62,514 bases of DNA from Minisyncoccota bacterium (GTDB lineage Bacteria; Patescibacteriota; Microgenomatia; UBA1400; PJMF01), in the NCBI GenBank assembly GCA_009885085.1, contig VFLK01000008.1, forward strand, positions 1 to 62,514, read 5' to 3'. The translations under genes were made by a program, and so were the position numbers. A model generated the notes under the pieces. That model searched no databases. It saw only the letters and a program-made list of their open reading frames with translations, and was not told where the DNA came from. Below, one piece after another: positions 42,589 to 53,003 of the stretch (position 1 is the first letter of the stretch; the number at the start of each line of letters is the position of its first letter).

Positions 42589-44928
42589 ATGGACTCGAGA
42601 TACAACTCCCAACAAACTGAAGATGAAATCTATACACTTTGGGAAAAAGCAGATGCTTTTAATCCAGATTCAGTTAAAAAACTCCGTCAAGAAAATGACA
42701 ACAAACAAGATAGCTCTACTGGCGAGCAGTTTTCAATTATTCTTCCTCCTCCTAATGCCAACGATCCTCTACACGTAGGACACGCAATGTATACAATCGA
42801 AGATGTTCTGGTCCGTTATCATCGCATGTTAGGCGACGATACCCTATGGTTGCCAGGAACAGATCACGCTGGCATTGAAACTCAATTTGTCTTTGAAAAA
42901 AAACTCAAAAAAGAAGGCAAGAGTCGATTCAATTTTGATCGCTCTACCCTATATCAAATGATCTGGGATTATGTTCAAGAGAACTCTTCAGTTGCCACAG
43001 ATCAAATGAAAAAGCTTGGTTTCAGTTTAGATTGGTCTCGATTTAAGTTTACTCTAGACAAAGATATTGTTGATAATGTAGTTGAAACGTTTCAACTTCT
43101 TTACAAAGATGGATTGATATATCGCGATTTAAAGCTTGTTAATTATTGCACGCGTTGTGGAACTAGTTACTCAGAATTAGAGGTAAATCACGAAGATAAA
43201 ATCGATCCTCTATATACTATTCAATATGGTCCACTACAAGTATCAACGGTCCGTCCAGAAACTATTTTTGGAGATGTAGCAGTTGCTATAAATCCGAATG
43301 ACGACAGATATAAACAATATATTGGGAAAATGATTGAAGTAGAGTTTCCTTGGGGAAATAAAACAATGCCTGTCATTGCGGACAACTATGTAGATCCAAA
43401 ATTTGGAACTGGAGCTGTCAAAGTTACCCCATATCATGATCAAAATGATTTTCAAATGTGGGAGACACATAAAAGTGAAATCTCAGAAGTTCCAGTTCCA
43501 GTAATTAATACGAGTGGAAAAATTTATAACGCCCCTAAAAAATATAACGGTTTAGGAGTTATAAATGCGCGAGCAGCTGTACTTGAGGACTATGAAGCTT
43601 ATAAAGACAGCCAAGGACGTTCACTTTTAATTAGCATTGATAAAAAATATAGTCACTCAGTGGGTGTGTGTTATCGTTGTGCCAAGCCAATTGAGCCCCT
43701 ACCCTTACCACAATTATTTATTAAGGTTGCCGACTCATCAAATCCTAAAAATAAAAAATCAAATTTAGTAAAAAGAGCACTAGAAAGTCTGGACTCCGGA
43801 GAAACAAAAATTCATGGAGCTGGAAGAGAGAAAGTTTTAAGACATTGGCTCAAAAACCTCAAGGATTGGAATATTTCACGTCAAATTGTCTGGGGCATTC
43901 CAATTCCAGTTTGGTACAAAATAAATGATAATGAAGATAAAATTATTGTCTCATTTGTTGATAAAAATAAAGTCTATCAGACTGGCAAATTGTCAAAGTG
44001 GTTAGAAACGACATCTCTCAAGGAAATTAAACAGAATATTCAATCAATTAGCGCTGACATTTCAGTCCCCTACTCCGTCTCAGTTGAAGATCCTAAATTA
44101 ACCACAACAACTGAAAAAGATGTCTCTGATTATATTCAGGAGACAGACACGTTTGATACGTGGTTTTCCTCTAGTCAGTGGCCTGTCGCTACCTTAAAAA
44201 CTAATAAAAAAGGAGATTTTGAACGCTTCTATTCAACTTCAGTAATGGAAACTGGCTATGATATTCTCCCAATTTGGGTGATGAGAATGATGCTCCTGGG
44301 TAATTATTTGACTGGTAAAACTCCTTTTAAGAACGTCTACCTTCACGGCTTGATTAGAGATGAAAAAGGCAAAAAAATGAGCAAATCCAAAGGAAACGTA
44401 ATTAATCCTCTAGAGGTTAAGGAAGAATTTGGAGCAGATGCCCTAAGAATGGCTTTGGTAATAAGATCAACTCCAGGTCAAGACAAATCTGTGGGAAAAC
44501 CAGATTTTAAAGCTGCGAGAAATCTAACAAACAAGATATGGAACGCAGCTCGTTTTACAACTTTAATGATAGAAAATCCCCACGAAACTAGCGTTTTAAA
44601 AAATGCTCCGGGAGATGCCGAATATTTTGTTAAATTAAATTCAATTATTTCAGAAATCAGCAAACATCTTTCAGACCTCAAGCTTGGCTTAGCTGCAGAG
44701 GTAATATACAACGAATTCTGGCACTGGTATTGCGATATTTGTATTGAGGACGCCAAGCAAGGAAAAATTTCGCTTGAAGTTTTAAAAGTCGGACTAGTAA
44801 CTTTCCTCAAGATGCTCCATCCTTTTATGCCTTTTGTAACAGAATCTATTTGGCAAGAATTACTTAAAAAAAATATAGTTTCAGAGAAATTACTCATTGT
44901 TTCAGACTGGCCCACTCAGGTATCATAG
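42589..44928 (+). CDS. valS: Valyl-tRNA synthetase (short form, no long C-terminal coiled coil)
   Basis: 'PPPNANDPLHVGH', 'TRPETIFGDVAVA', 'KMSKSKGN', 'DTWFSS'. Confidence 0.93.
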   Translation: MDSRYNSQQTEDEIYTLWEKADAFNPDSVKKLRQENDNKQDSSTGEQFSIILPPPNANDPLHVGHAMYTIEDVLVRYHRMLGDDTLWLPGTDHAGIETQFVFEKKLKKEGKSRFNFDRSTLYQMIWDYVQENSSVATDQMKKLGFSLDWSRFKFTLDKDIVDNVVETFQLLYKDGLIYRDLKLVNYCTRCGTSYSELEVNHEDKIDPLYTIQYGPLQVSTVRPETIFGDVAVAINPNDDRYKQYIGKMIEVEFPWGNKTMPVIADNYVDPKFGTGAVKVTPYHDQNDFQMWETHKSEISEVPVPVINTSGKIYNAPKKYNGLGVINARAAVLEDYEAYKDSQGRSLLISIDKKYSHSVGVCYRCAKPIEPLPLPQLFIKVADSSNPKNKKSNLVKRALESLDSGETKIHGAGREKVLRHWLKNLKDWNISRQIVWGIPIPVWYKINDNEDKIIVSFVDKNKVYQTGKLSKWLETTSLKEIKQNIQSISADISVPYSVSVEDPKLTTTTEKDVSDYIQETDTFDTWFSSSQWPVATLKTNKKGDFERFYSTSVMETGYDILPIWVMRMMLLGNYLTGKTPFKNVYLHGLIRDEKGKKMSKSKGNVINPLEVKEEFGADALRMALVIRSTPGQDKSVGKPDFKAARNLTNKIWNAARFTTLMIENPHETSVLKNAPGDAEYFVKLNSIISEISKHLSDLKLGLAAEVIYNEFWHWYCDICIEDAKQGKISLEVLKVGLVTFLKMLHPFMPFVTESIWQELLKKNIVSEKLLIVSDWPTQVS

Positions 44929-44934
44929 TAACTA

Positions 44935-45357
44935 GTGAAGTTACTATTCTTTAAATTCAAACTACTAGTTTATTTAGTGCTCTTCCTTCTGGATCTGTTG
45001 TTCATTCAAATCAAGAAGGCAAAGTTAATAATTCTAACTTTTTTTATCATTTTATTTTTAATAAACCTAATGTTTTTTTATATAATTAAGGAAAAAATTG
45101 GTAGAGAAGAAATTCAAAATGAACCAGGCTTCTCCCCAATCCATCCAGATCAGTATCTCAAATCAGAAAAAACAGAATCAGAGATCCAAGTAGAAATATT
45201 TTATTGGGAAAATATTATAGAAAAGCAGCCAAATTCGAGAGATGCTCTAGTTAATTTATCCATACTAAAAAGAACATTACTTGACAATCAAGAAGCTGAA
45301 GGCTTATGGAATCGAGCAAAAATCATAGATCCCAATAACCAAATTTTCGAGAATTAG
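44935..45357 (+). CDS. Hypothetical membrane protein with a TPR-like C-terminal segment
   Basis: 140-aa ORF with a GTG start, two hydrophobic helices, and 'NSRDALVNLSILKRTLLDNQEAEGLWNRAKIIDPNN'. Confidence 0.4.
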   Translation: MKLLFFKFKLLVYLVLFLLDLLFIQIKKAKLIILTFFIILFLINLMFFYIIKEKIGREEIQNEPGFSPIHPDQYLKSEKTESEIQVEIFYWENIIEKQPNSRDALVNLSILKRTLLDNQEAEGLWNRAKIIDPNNQIFEN

Positions 45358-45374
45358 CTTATCTTTTTAAAAGA

Positions 45375-46073
45375 TTATTCAGTTGGTTTGTCGCCAGCAT
45401 CAGCAGGCTTTTCACCTTCTGAGTCAGGTTTAGACTCGTCAGAAGCGGCTTCTTCTGTGACAGCTTCTTCTACGACTTCTTCAACCTCTTCTTTAACGGC
45501 TTGAACATTCACAAGCATAACGTCAGAAGGATCTTCATCTTCGTTTAAAACTAGAGAAATTTTTGATTTGTCAAAAGTTAGATCAGCTAAAGTGATGCTC
45601 TGCCCCACTTCTGTAAGCACTGAAATATCAACTTCAAAATGCTCTAATAGATCTGCTGGCAGTGCTTCTATTAGGACGTAATCTTTAACCAAAGAAACGA
45701 CGGCATCATCAATCTTTGTCTCACCTATCAAAACAACTGGGATTTCAGCTTCAATCTTAACGCTCAAACTAACTCTCTTGAAGGAAACATGCAAAATTTT
45801 GTCTCCTATTATCTCGGTAGAAACCTCATCAATCAACGCTGGAACTTGCTTTTTTTCATCATCAACTTGTAAGTAAATCAAACCGGTGTCACCGTGTGAT
45901 TGATAGAGCTTTTTAACACCCTGATAATCTGCTAATATAGCTACTGATTTTTCGCCAAGGCCATAAATATTTCCAGGCGTCTTTCCGGTTCTTCTTAATT
46001 TATAAACTTGTCCAGATCCTTTTTCAAGTCTTGTCGAGACGTGAAACACTATTTTTTCTGATGCATTTGTCAT
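45375..46073 (-). CDS. rplY: Ribosomal protein bL25 (Ctc form) with acidic C-terminal tail
   Basis: 'RLEKGSGQVYKLRRTGKTPGNIYG' and 'ILHVSFKRV', followed by an E/D/V-rich tail. Confidence 0.85.
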   Translation of the reverse strand: MTNASEKIVFHVSTRLEKGSGQVYKLRRTGKTPGNIYGLGEKSVAILADYQGVKKLYQSHGDTGLIYLQVDDEKKQVPALIDEVSTEIIGDKILHVSFKRVSLSVKIEAEIPVVLIGETKIDDAVVSLVKDYVLIEALPADLLEHFEVDISVLTEVGQSITLADLTFDKSKISLVLNEDEDPSDVMLVNVQAVKEEVEEVVEEAVTEEAASDESKPDSEGEKPADAGDKPTE

Positions 46074-46228
46074 ATGATTGATACTCTTTCTTATTTTACT
46101 TATTTAACAAAATATAATTCGTAATGACAGCTAGTATAAAGCTCTTGAGGAAAATAAGCAACTTTGAACAAACAATATAATCTGGTTATTTTTATAAATT
46201 TACCCGTATACCAATCTATAATCCAATA

Positions 46229-49200
46229 TTACTGAAATTCTACACTAAATAGTGAGTTCTCAAATCCAGAGTTAAATGTAATAGTTTTGTTAGAAACTTG
46301 GGCCGCTGGTGCTATTAATACCGGCTCCATGTCGTCTGCATACTTAATACTAACTTTTAATAAATCTCCAGACGTTCCTGGCTGTTTTCTATTAAAAAAT
46401 ACATACGAAAATCCATTCTCAAAATTATGAGGAGTTGTGTAGTCTAACTCAACTACAACTTGTTTTTGTATTGGCACATCAACTCTTATACCGATTTCCT
46501 TGAAGCCGTTTACTTCCTTTTGAGATATTTGTTCCTCAATTAGGGCAGAGCCATTAATTAAAACCTTATCAAGAATGACATCTTTGTCGATATAGAATCT
46601 TTGATAAGATTTGTAGGTTCCTTTTGGCCATGAATTTGACTTGGCGTTATTCATAAATGTAATTTCTCTCGTATGAACTGCTTTTTCTCGATCTAATACC
46701 ACCTTATGAACAATTGATCTGTCTAAATAATAATTAGCCTTATTGATACCAATATTGGCTTCTACTTGAGATAGAACATCGACTTTGCAATCTACTAAAC
46801 TCAGTTGGGTGGGGCAGTTTGGTTTAGATAGGCCTCCCGTCCAACCCAAACTATGTAGCACGAGCTGATCGCTTTTTTCCGTTACCGAAATTGAGATTTG
46901 ATTGTCAACAATTGAGTGCTCCAAAGAGGAAAATAGAGCAGGGACTTTTTCTCTATTCAAATTTGTGATTTTTTCAATTAACTTTTTCAACACTGCAACT
47001 GAGTAGTCTATTGAATCTGGAGAACTAACCAACACTACCTCTGAATGGAACTCCATTCTTTCGAGAAGGTTTTTATGAGTCAAAACTTCGTTATACTCTG
47101 GCAAGTCAACTGGTCCTGTTACTTCAAGAATGTCTCTGGCTGAAAATAGATTCAGAGCAATAACTCCGTCAACATCTACTCCGAGACTTTTATTTATAAA
47201 CCAGCCAATTTGAGCGCTAGCTGTTGGAAAATCTGGATTCCAGTTGCTATCTCTCAAGTACCATTTTTCTTCACCTAAATAATTTGTGACGTCGGATGGG
47301 GGAATTATCGAGCCAGAAAGCTTGGAGTCTAGATCATAAACACTGTAAACGCTGTGAGAAACTAGAATTCCTTGATCAAAATTTAAAAGTGCCACAGCTT
47401 GAATAAAGCCGCCAGTTGGTCTAAGTTCTTGGTTATTTTGGAATATAACTGCGTATGTTTTTTTAGATTTTTCACCTGTGAGAGAAGCCAAAATTGGCTG
47501 AAGCTGTTGTTGGATAGCAATCTCATTTCTAATCTCTCTTAGCTTATTTTCGTAGTTTGTAATGATAATTTCCCGATTTTCTGAGTTTATGTCAAAATCA
47601 ATTAAATTAAAACTTGCTTGTATGCCCGACAGTTTTTCATATGCCAATTGAGCTTTGTCGTCCAATATTTGGGCAAACTCTGTTGTTTTGTTACTATCTC
47701 CAGCAATAATCTGTAGAAACAGGTTTTTAGAGGCTTCATCAACTTCTAAGAGCATTTGAGGAATCAGTTGAAGGTTCTCGCTGATCTCAACCATAGAGGC
47801 TGAGTCTGAGATTAGATTTGTTTCTATAACCGAACCATATGCATTTGTCTGCAAACCCACGAAACTCGTTATCCTCTTGAGTCCTTCATCCTCTATTAAC
47901 ACGGTCTCTTGATCAACAATTCCTCTAGAAATAAAGGCTACTAATTCTTTTCTTAAGATAGTTTGAGAAACATAAAAAATTACTGCTAGAAAGATTATTC
48001 CTATTGCGGCTCCAGCAGCTCCAATTCCGCCAATAAAGAATATTCTCTTTCTTCCAGATTTCTTTGTAATTTTATTAGTATCTTTTGCAATTTTCCTGAT
48101 TCTTCCAACTTTTGTCTCAGTTCTAGTTGTCTGAAATATTCTTTGAATTTCATTGTCTACGTCTATTTTCGGAGGAGAGGGGACTCTTGTTAAAGAGATA
48201 ATTTCGCCAACAACAAGTGTCTCAGAGACAACAGGAAGTTTTTTCTCTGGTGGTGTTTCTGTAAGAGGAGTTTCTATGAGTAGCGTTTTTACAAGCGGAG
48301 TTTTTGTAAGTGGTGTTTCTGTAAGAGGAGTTTCTATGAGTAGCGTTTTTACAAGCGGAGTTTTTGTGAGTAATTTTTCCTGAAGAGGTCTCCTAAAATC
48401 CAGTTTTTTAGAATCGGGCATTCTGAAGTCGGGTATTCTAGAATCTATCATTCTAGAATCTAGCGATTCAATACCTGTTGTTTCTTCAATTCGTCGTTCA
48501 TGGACAATTTTATTAGTAATTAAAATTTTAGTTGAGAAGCCTTCGGATGGTGGTATTTTTTCTACAATTTGATTTTTTAAGTTTTCGTCTGGTTTGCTAA
48601 TAATATCCGACTTTTCTGGTTCTGATGGGGGACTCAAACTCTTAACAATTCTTGCTATTAATATTTTTATATCTTGATGAATAATTATTTCCTTAACAGA
48701 GAAGGGGACAAGACTGTTTATTTTTACAGAATCATCAACAACCTCTAGGTTGGCGTTGTAATAAGAATCATAAAGCTTTTTGATAGAACCAATCACTTTA
48801 CTTGAATCGATGATTTCTCCTCTTATTAAAACACTGCTTTGTTTACCAGGTTTAAATAAATATTCTTTTAAACTCTCTACAAAAAGTCCAGAATCAATAA
48901 TTCCCAGTGACACGTCGGGATTGACAACAACTCTTTTTCTGACATTTTGAAGCAAAAACTCAAGACTAGTTCCTAAAGAATCTTTTGAGATCACGTCACT
49001 ACCAAAAATGAAGCTTGCTTTTGACAAATGATAATTACAATCAACAATAAATTGAGTCTGTTTCCTAGATCGTTCTTTCCATCCCTGTAGTAGGTCGCTA
49101 TTATGTTCTGCTACATTTGAAATGAGAGTTGCCACTATGATAACTGGAATTTTTATTTCTCTTATAATACTCAAAATTCCCAGATAATTATCAGTCTTAT

Positions 49201-49414
49201 CGGCGTTATTTTCATGAAGCCAAATCGTTTTATAAACGCTGTCAAAAATGTTTAAATTAACTTTGCCTTCGAGAATTTCTTCCACGTCAACAACTACAAC
49301 CTGCAAATTTTGATCTTGCAGCATCTTTATTACTTGAGACCTAAGAATTGTATTATTCCCAATCAAAACAATGGAAGGATCCTCAGCTAGTAAGTGAGTT
49401 TTTAATTGTGACAT
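46229..49414 (-). CDS. DUF4012-domain membrane protein (1061 aa) with N-terminal Rossmann-like region and internal tandem repeats
   Basis: DUF4012 core 'FQNNQELRPTGGFIQAVALLNFDQG'. TM 'IFFIGGIGAAGAAIGIIFLAVIFYV'. Repeat 'TPLVKTLLIETPLTETPLTK' occurs twice. Confidence 0.75.
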   Translation of the reverse strand: MSQLKTHLLAEDPSIVLIGNNTILRSQVIKMLQDQNLQVVVVDVEEILEGKVNLNIFDSVYKTIWLHENNADKTDNYLGILSIIREIKIPVIIVATLISNVAEHNSDLLQGWKERSRKQTQFIVDCNYHLSKASFIFGSDVISKDSLGTSLEFLLQNVRKRVVVNPDVSLGIIDSGLFVESLKEYLFKPGKQSSVLIRGEIIDSSKVIGSIKKLYDSYYNANLEVVDDSVKINSLVPFSVKEIIIHQDIKILIARIVKSLSPPSEPEKSDIISKPDENLKNQIVEKIPPSEGFSTKILITNKIVHERRIEETTGIESLDSRMIDSRIPDFRMPDSKKLDFRRPLQEKLLTKTPLVKTLLIETPLTETPLTKTPLVKTLLIETPLTETPPEKKLPVVSETLVVGEIISLTRVPSPPKIDVDNEIQRIFQTTRTETKVGRIRKIAKDTNKITKKSGRKRIFFIGGIGAAGAAIGIIFLAVIFYVSQTILRKELVAFISRGIVDQETVLIEDEGLKRITSFVGLQTNAYGSVIETNLISDSASMVEISENLQLIPQMLLEVDEASKNLFLQIIAGDSNKTTEFAQILDDKAQLAYEKLSGIQASFNLIDFDINSENREIIITNYENKLREIRNEIAIQQQLQPILASLTGEKSKKTYAVIFQNNQELRPTGGFIQAVALLNFDQGILVSHSVYSVYDLDSKLSGSIIPPSDVTNYLGEEKWYLRDSNWNPDFPTASAQIGWFINKSLGVDVDGVIALNLFSARDILEVTGPVDLPEYNEVLTHKNLLERMEFHSEVVLVSSPDSIDYSVAVLKKLIEKITNLNREKVPALFSSLEHSIVDNQISISVTEKSDQLVLHSLGWTGGLSKPNCPTQLSLVDCKVDVLSQVEANIGINKANYYLDRSIVHKVVLDREKAVHTREITFMNNAKSNSWPKGTYKSYQRFYIDKDVILDKVLINGSALIEEQISQKEVNGFKEIGIRVDVPIQKQVVVELDYTTPHNFENGFSYVFFNRKQPGTSGDLLKVSIKYADDMEPVLIAPAAQVSNKTITFNSGFENSLFSVEFQ
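48251..48370. repeat. Two head-to-tail copies of a 60-bp unit (59/60 identical), in frame in the DUF4012 gene
   Basis: 48251-48310 and 48311-48370 are identical except for one base (..gtaag versus ..gtgag). Confidence 0.95.
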
Positions 49415-49477
49415 TCAATCAATTGTAGAAAATTAAGGAGTCTTATTAAAGAGGAGTTTATTAAAAAGGAAAATTGA

Positions 49478-49924
49478 TTATGGTTGATAAGCGTCTAAAG
49501 CTTGATTTACCAAGGCATCTGCTTCTGAATTTTTTTCTCTTCTAATATGAAAGAATTTGACGTCAATACTGATTGTTTCTAAAATTTTCCATGCTTCATT
49601 GGCAAAATTTTTCATCCTCAAGTCTTTAATTTTCCAATTTTTGTTAATTTGTTCGACAACTAGCTTAGAATCTAAGTAGACCTCAGCTTTTTCGATATCT
49701 TCAAGATTTTCAGATAGCCATTCTAAAGCTTTTAGAAGAGCTTTATATTCTGCTTCATTGTTGGTGGCTATTCCAATAAATCCAGAATGCTCGAAAACAG
49801 CTTTTGTTCTTTTTGTTTCTTCAAAAGATGTTATGGCCGGAACATTAAAAATAACAACTCCGGTTGCCGCATTTCCAGGATTTCCTCTAGAACCACCATC
49901 TGTAAATATTCTTAAAATTCCCAT
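49478..49924 (-). CDS. rnhA: Ribonuclease HI
   Basis: 'IFTDGGSRGNPG', 'NNEAEYKALLKAL', 'DSKLVVEQIN', 'NSEADALVN' form the DEDD catalytic pattern. Confidence 0.88.
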   Translation of the reverse strand: MGILRIFTDGGSRGNPGNAATGVVIFNVPAITSFEETKRTKAVFEHSGFIGIATNNEAEYKALLKALEWLSENLEDIEKAEVYLDSKLVVEQINKNWKIKDLRMKNFANEAWKILETISIDVKFFHIRREKNSEADALVNQALDAYQP

Positions 49925-49935
49925 TTGAAACCTAT

Positions 49936-50397
49936 TTATTTCTTTAAACGAATAATTAATTTTCTATTTCTACCAATTCCTTCGGACACACTTTCGAGTG
50001 CTGAAAAATCCTTATCTTCTGCGAGAGTAGAGTGAATTATATATCTCTCGTGGGCCGGAAGAAACGAATTAAAAGCATATTCTTCTTTAGTTTCAAGCAC
50101 GCTGTTTGCTGCTGAATAAGTTAAATCTTTTAATCTTTCTTCTCTTTTTTCTCTATAGCCATTGATATTTAAGATAACTCTTTTTCCTTCAAACTCATCT
50201 TGAAAAATTATTCTTAAAACTCTTTGGATTGAGTCTATAGAATCACCGTGATATCCAATAAAAATACCAGAGTCTTCTTCAGGAACGTCTAGCTTAATTT
50301 CTACTTTTTCATCATTCTCTACGAGTTCAATTTTTACTTGATCCTCAGACAATCCACAGTGCTCACAAAGTTGTGTTAAAAATGTATTTAATTCCAT
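49936..50397 (-). CDS. jag: Jag-type KH/R3H RNA-binding protein
   Basis: KH-like 'IGYHGDSIDSIQRVLRII'. R3H-like 'HERYIIHSTLAED'. Sits immediately downstream of yidC. Confidence 0.8.
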   Translation of the reverse strand: MELNTFLTQLCEHCGLSEDQVKIELVENDEKVEIKLDVPEEDSGIFIGYHGDSIDSIQRVLRIIFQDEFEGKRVILNINGYREKREERLKDLTYSAANSVLETKEEYAFNSFLPAHERYIIHSTLAEDKDFSALESVSEGIGRNRKLIIRLKK

Positions 50398-50399
50398 AA

Positions 50400-51158
50400 T
50401 TACTTTCTAGAAATAAAACCTAGTGCTCTTTTATAATATATTACTAATCCACCTGGTCCAGATATATAGAATTGCTGTCCAATACTAAATATTGTTGTAG
50501 CTACCCAATATAGAGAGAGTCCAGAAGGGAATTTCAAAGCTATAAAACCTGTCATTATTGGCATGAGAAACATCATTTGTTGCTGCATAGACTGAGCCAT
50601 GTCTGCTGTGCCTTCTTCTTTTTTGTTTTCTAGTTGAATTTTTTTACTTTTACTCTTATTTGGAACGATATCTATTGTTTCAGCTCCAGGAGAAATCATT
50701 AGAGACAAAACAAATTGTGTCAGCGCTGCAAGAACCGGCAAAATATATTTTGAATCTGGAACACTCAAATCTAACCAGAAAAAGGATGAATTGACTGAGG
50801 TTCCATTGATAGTTGGAGAGTTTAAGAAATTAATTAAAACATTATATAAGACAATCAATATTCCCAACTGAGCTAACTGGGGAATACATCCGGCTAGTGG
50901 ATTAACGTTATATTTTTTATAAAGCTCCATTTGAGCTTTTTGTAGGCCTTGTTTATCCTTACCATGTTTTTTCTGAAGATCTTTAATCTCGGGTTGAAGC
51001 TTCTTCATTTTTTCACTAGATCTAAGAGAGGGGAGGGTAAGCGGTAAAAGTGCGCCTCTAATCAAAAAAGTAAAAATAAGAATCGAGTAGCCAAGGCTTC
51101 CAGTCGTACCAACTAGAAATATTAAAAAATTATTTAAAATGTCTGAAAAAAAACTCAT
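50400..51158 (-). CDS. yidC: Membrane protein insertase YidC (short Gram-positive type)
   Basis: 'IFTFLIRGALLPLTL', 'KYNVNPLAGCIPQLAQLGILIVLY', 'PSGLSLYWVATTIFSIGQQ'. Confidence 0.92.
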   Translation of the reverse strand: MSFFSDILNNFLIFLVGTTGSLGYSILIFTFLIRGALLPLTLPSLRSSEKMKKLQPEIKDLQKKHGKDKQGLQKAQMELYKKYNVNPLAGCIPQLAQLGILIVLYNVLINFLNSPTINGTSVNSSFFWLDLSVPDSKYILPVLAALTQFVLSLMISPGAETIDIVPNKSKSKKIQLENKKEEGTADMAQSMQQQMMFLMPIMTGFIALKFPSGLSLYWVATTIFSIGQQFYISGPGGLVIYYKRALGFISRK

Positions 51159-51186
51159 ATGTCCTTGTTTGAATAAACTATTGTTT

Positions 51187-51390
51187 CTACCAGCAGAGTA
51201 AAACTCTCTTTAGTCCCTTAATACCGCCAATTAATATACCTTTTTCTTTAATTTGCTCAAAAGCATATGTTCCACAGGTTGGAGAGTGTTTGCAATGCAC
51301 AACGATTCCGAAAGCACTTCTTAGAAGATTATACCTCATGGTGCGAAAAAATTGGTAAGTTGCTAGAAGTATTTTATACTGTAATTTCAA
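51187..51390 (-). CDS. yidD: Membrane protein insertion efficiency factor YidD
   Basis: 'CKHSPTCGTYAFEQIKEKGILIGGIKGLKRVLLC'. Overlaps the rnpA 3' end by 17 nt. Confidence 0.85.
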   Translation of the reverse strand: MKLQYKILLATYQFFRTMRYNLLRSAFGIVVHCKHSPTCGTYAFEQIKEKGILIGGIKGLKRVLLCW

Positions 51391-51709
51391 CTAAGCTACC
51401 TTCAATTGTTTTTACTAGGTTTACGTCTTTTTCTTTAATATTTGATTTATTTACAACAATAGCAACGTCGGCATTAATATTCTTAACCTCGTCCGGCAAA
51501 TTTTCTATTACTAAATAGAAAATCCTCTTTATTCTATTTCTGTCTGTCGCTAACTTGACGGTTTTTTTGGGTACAATAATAGAAATTTTCAAGCCCTTTT
51601 TAGCATTTTTTTTATAGAAAACACTAAATTCTTGCAAATGTTTTTTTTTACAATTGAAAAAGAAGTTTTTATCACTTCTCAAATCAAGTTTGAACTGCTT
51701 GGAAAGCAT
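51374..51709 (-). CDS. rnpA: RNase P protein component
   Basis: 111 aa, basic. 'ATDRNRIKRIFY' (RNR motif region). Position is between rpmH and yidD. Confidence 0.85.
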   Translation of the reverse strand: MLSKQFKLDLRSDKNFFFNCKKKHLQEFSVFYKKNAKKGLKISIIVPKKTVKLATDRNRIKRIFYLVIENLPDEVKNINADVAIVVNKSNIKEKDVNLVKTIEGSLVEITV

Positions 51710-51718
51710 GTTAAAGCC

Positions 51719-51865
51719 TTATTTCTTTTTTTGGACTGCTAAGGTTTTTCTTCCTTTAGCTCTGCGTCTCTTGAGCATTTTGATTCCACCAAGACTTTGA
51801 AGTCTCTTTAGAAAGCCATGCTTTTTCATTCTTTTATATTTTTTTGGGTTCCATGTTCTTTGCAT
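51719..51865 (-). CDS. rpmH: Ribosomal protein bL34 (not in the ORF track, 48 aa)
   Basis: Hand translation gives MQRTWNPKKYKRMKKHGFLKRLQSLGGIKMLKRRRAKGRKTLAVQKKK, which matches the bL34 pattern. ATG at 51865, TAA at 51719-51721. Confidence 0.9.
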   Translation of the reverse strand: MQRTWNPKKYKRMKKHGFLKRLQSLGGIKMLKRRRAKGRKTLAVQKKK

Positions 51866-51890
51866 AAGGTTGATATTATATCAGAAGAAT

Positions 51891-53003
51891 TTAATTATTC
51901 ACCTTGAAAGGCATAATTACATATTTATAAGTACCTTCTACCTCTGGTTTAAACATCGCTGGCTTTAGACTTTCATTCATTCCGAACCACTGTTCAGGAG
52001 ATTTGGTAGCTGATAGATAGTCTATCAAATACTTAATATTAAATGCAATTTCTCCAGGAAGACCTTTTATTTTTACGTTATTTAGAGTTCCTTTGTAATT
52101 TCCAAAGTTTGGAGAAGATGATTTAATTTCTACGTTTTTTTCTGTGATAATAAGCTTTACGATATTAGATGACTCTCTAGCAAAAATCATTGCTCTTTTT
52201 AGGTTGTCCATCAGCTCGTCTGAATCAAAGAATACTTCAGTATTAAACTCATAAGGAATAATTTTTTCATAAGGAGGATAGTTGCCATCGATTAATCTGA
52301 CGAAAACCAAAACTCCGTTTATTGAAAAAAATATTTGCTTAAGTTCTTGAGAGATTTTAAACTTAACCTCCATCGATTCAAGCCTTGTCATTATTCTATA
52401 AACTTCAGACAGAGATTTTGCAGGAATTAAGAAAGATCTTTCTTCATCGTATTTCTTACTGCCGTCTAGAAGTAAAACTGAGAGTCTAAAACCATCAGTA
52501 CTTATTACTTCAAAACCTCTTTGAGAAAACTTAAATAAAACTGCTGTTAATACCGGTCTTGCAAGGTCTGTGGATGCACTAAAAGAGATATACTTTTCTA
52601 TTTTTTCAAGATGTTCTGCAGAAATTTCATATTCTTCTCCCTCTACTTGAGGAAAAGGAGGATAATCATCGCTTGATTGACATGATAGAGATGTCTTAGT
52701 TTTGTCTGAAAGAATTTTAAGACTTCCTTCCGAAAATTCTAGAGTTAGAACCCCAGGACTTAGTGAAGAAATAATTTCTTTGAATTGCTTTCCTGGAACA
52801 ACAACCATTCCTTCTGTTTCTACATCTGTTTGAACATTTGATTTAACACCAAAATACAAATCTGTTGCTGAGATAGTGCAGCCATCTTTCTTTGCTTCAA
52901 TGAGTATTGATGACAAAATAGGAAGCTGAGGTCTACTTGGAATAGCCTTTTGAAGATTGTTCAAAGACTTATTTAAGTTTTCCTGTAATACTTTTAATTT
53001 CAT
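51891..53003 (-). CDS. dnaN: DNA polymerase III beta sliding clamp
   Basis: 370 aa. 'LQKAIPSRPQLPILSSILIEA' and 'TDGFRLS'. Immediately downstream of dnaA. Confidence 0.93.
   Translation of the reverse strand: MKLKVLQENLNKSLNNLQKAIPSRPQLPILSSILIEAKKDGCTISATDLYFGVKSNVQTDVETEGMVVVPGKQFKEIISSLSPGVLTLEFSEGSLKILSDKTKTSLSCQSSDDYPPFPQVEGEEYEISAEHLEKIEKYISFSASTDLARPVLTAVLFKFSQRGFEVISTDGFRLSVLLLDGSKKYDEERSFLIPAKSLSEVYRIMTRLESMEVKFKISQELKQIFFSINGVLVFVRLIDGNYPPYEKIIPYEFNTEVFFDSDELMDNLKRAMIFARESSNIVKLIITEKNVEIKSSSPNFGNYKGTLNNVKIKGLPGEIAFNIKYLIDYLSATKSPEQWFGMNESLKPAMFKPEVEGTYKYVIMPFKVNN

Noticed and set aside
44478-44915. 145-aa ORF (-) inside valS
   Set aside because: It is antisense to a motif-supported aminoacyl-tRNA synthetase gene. 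There is no supporting feature.
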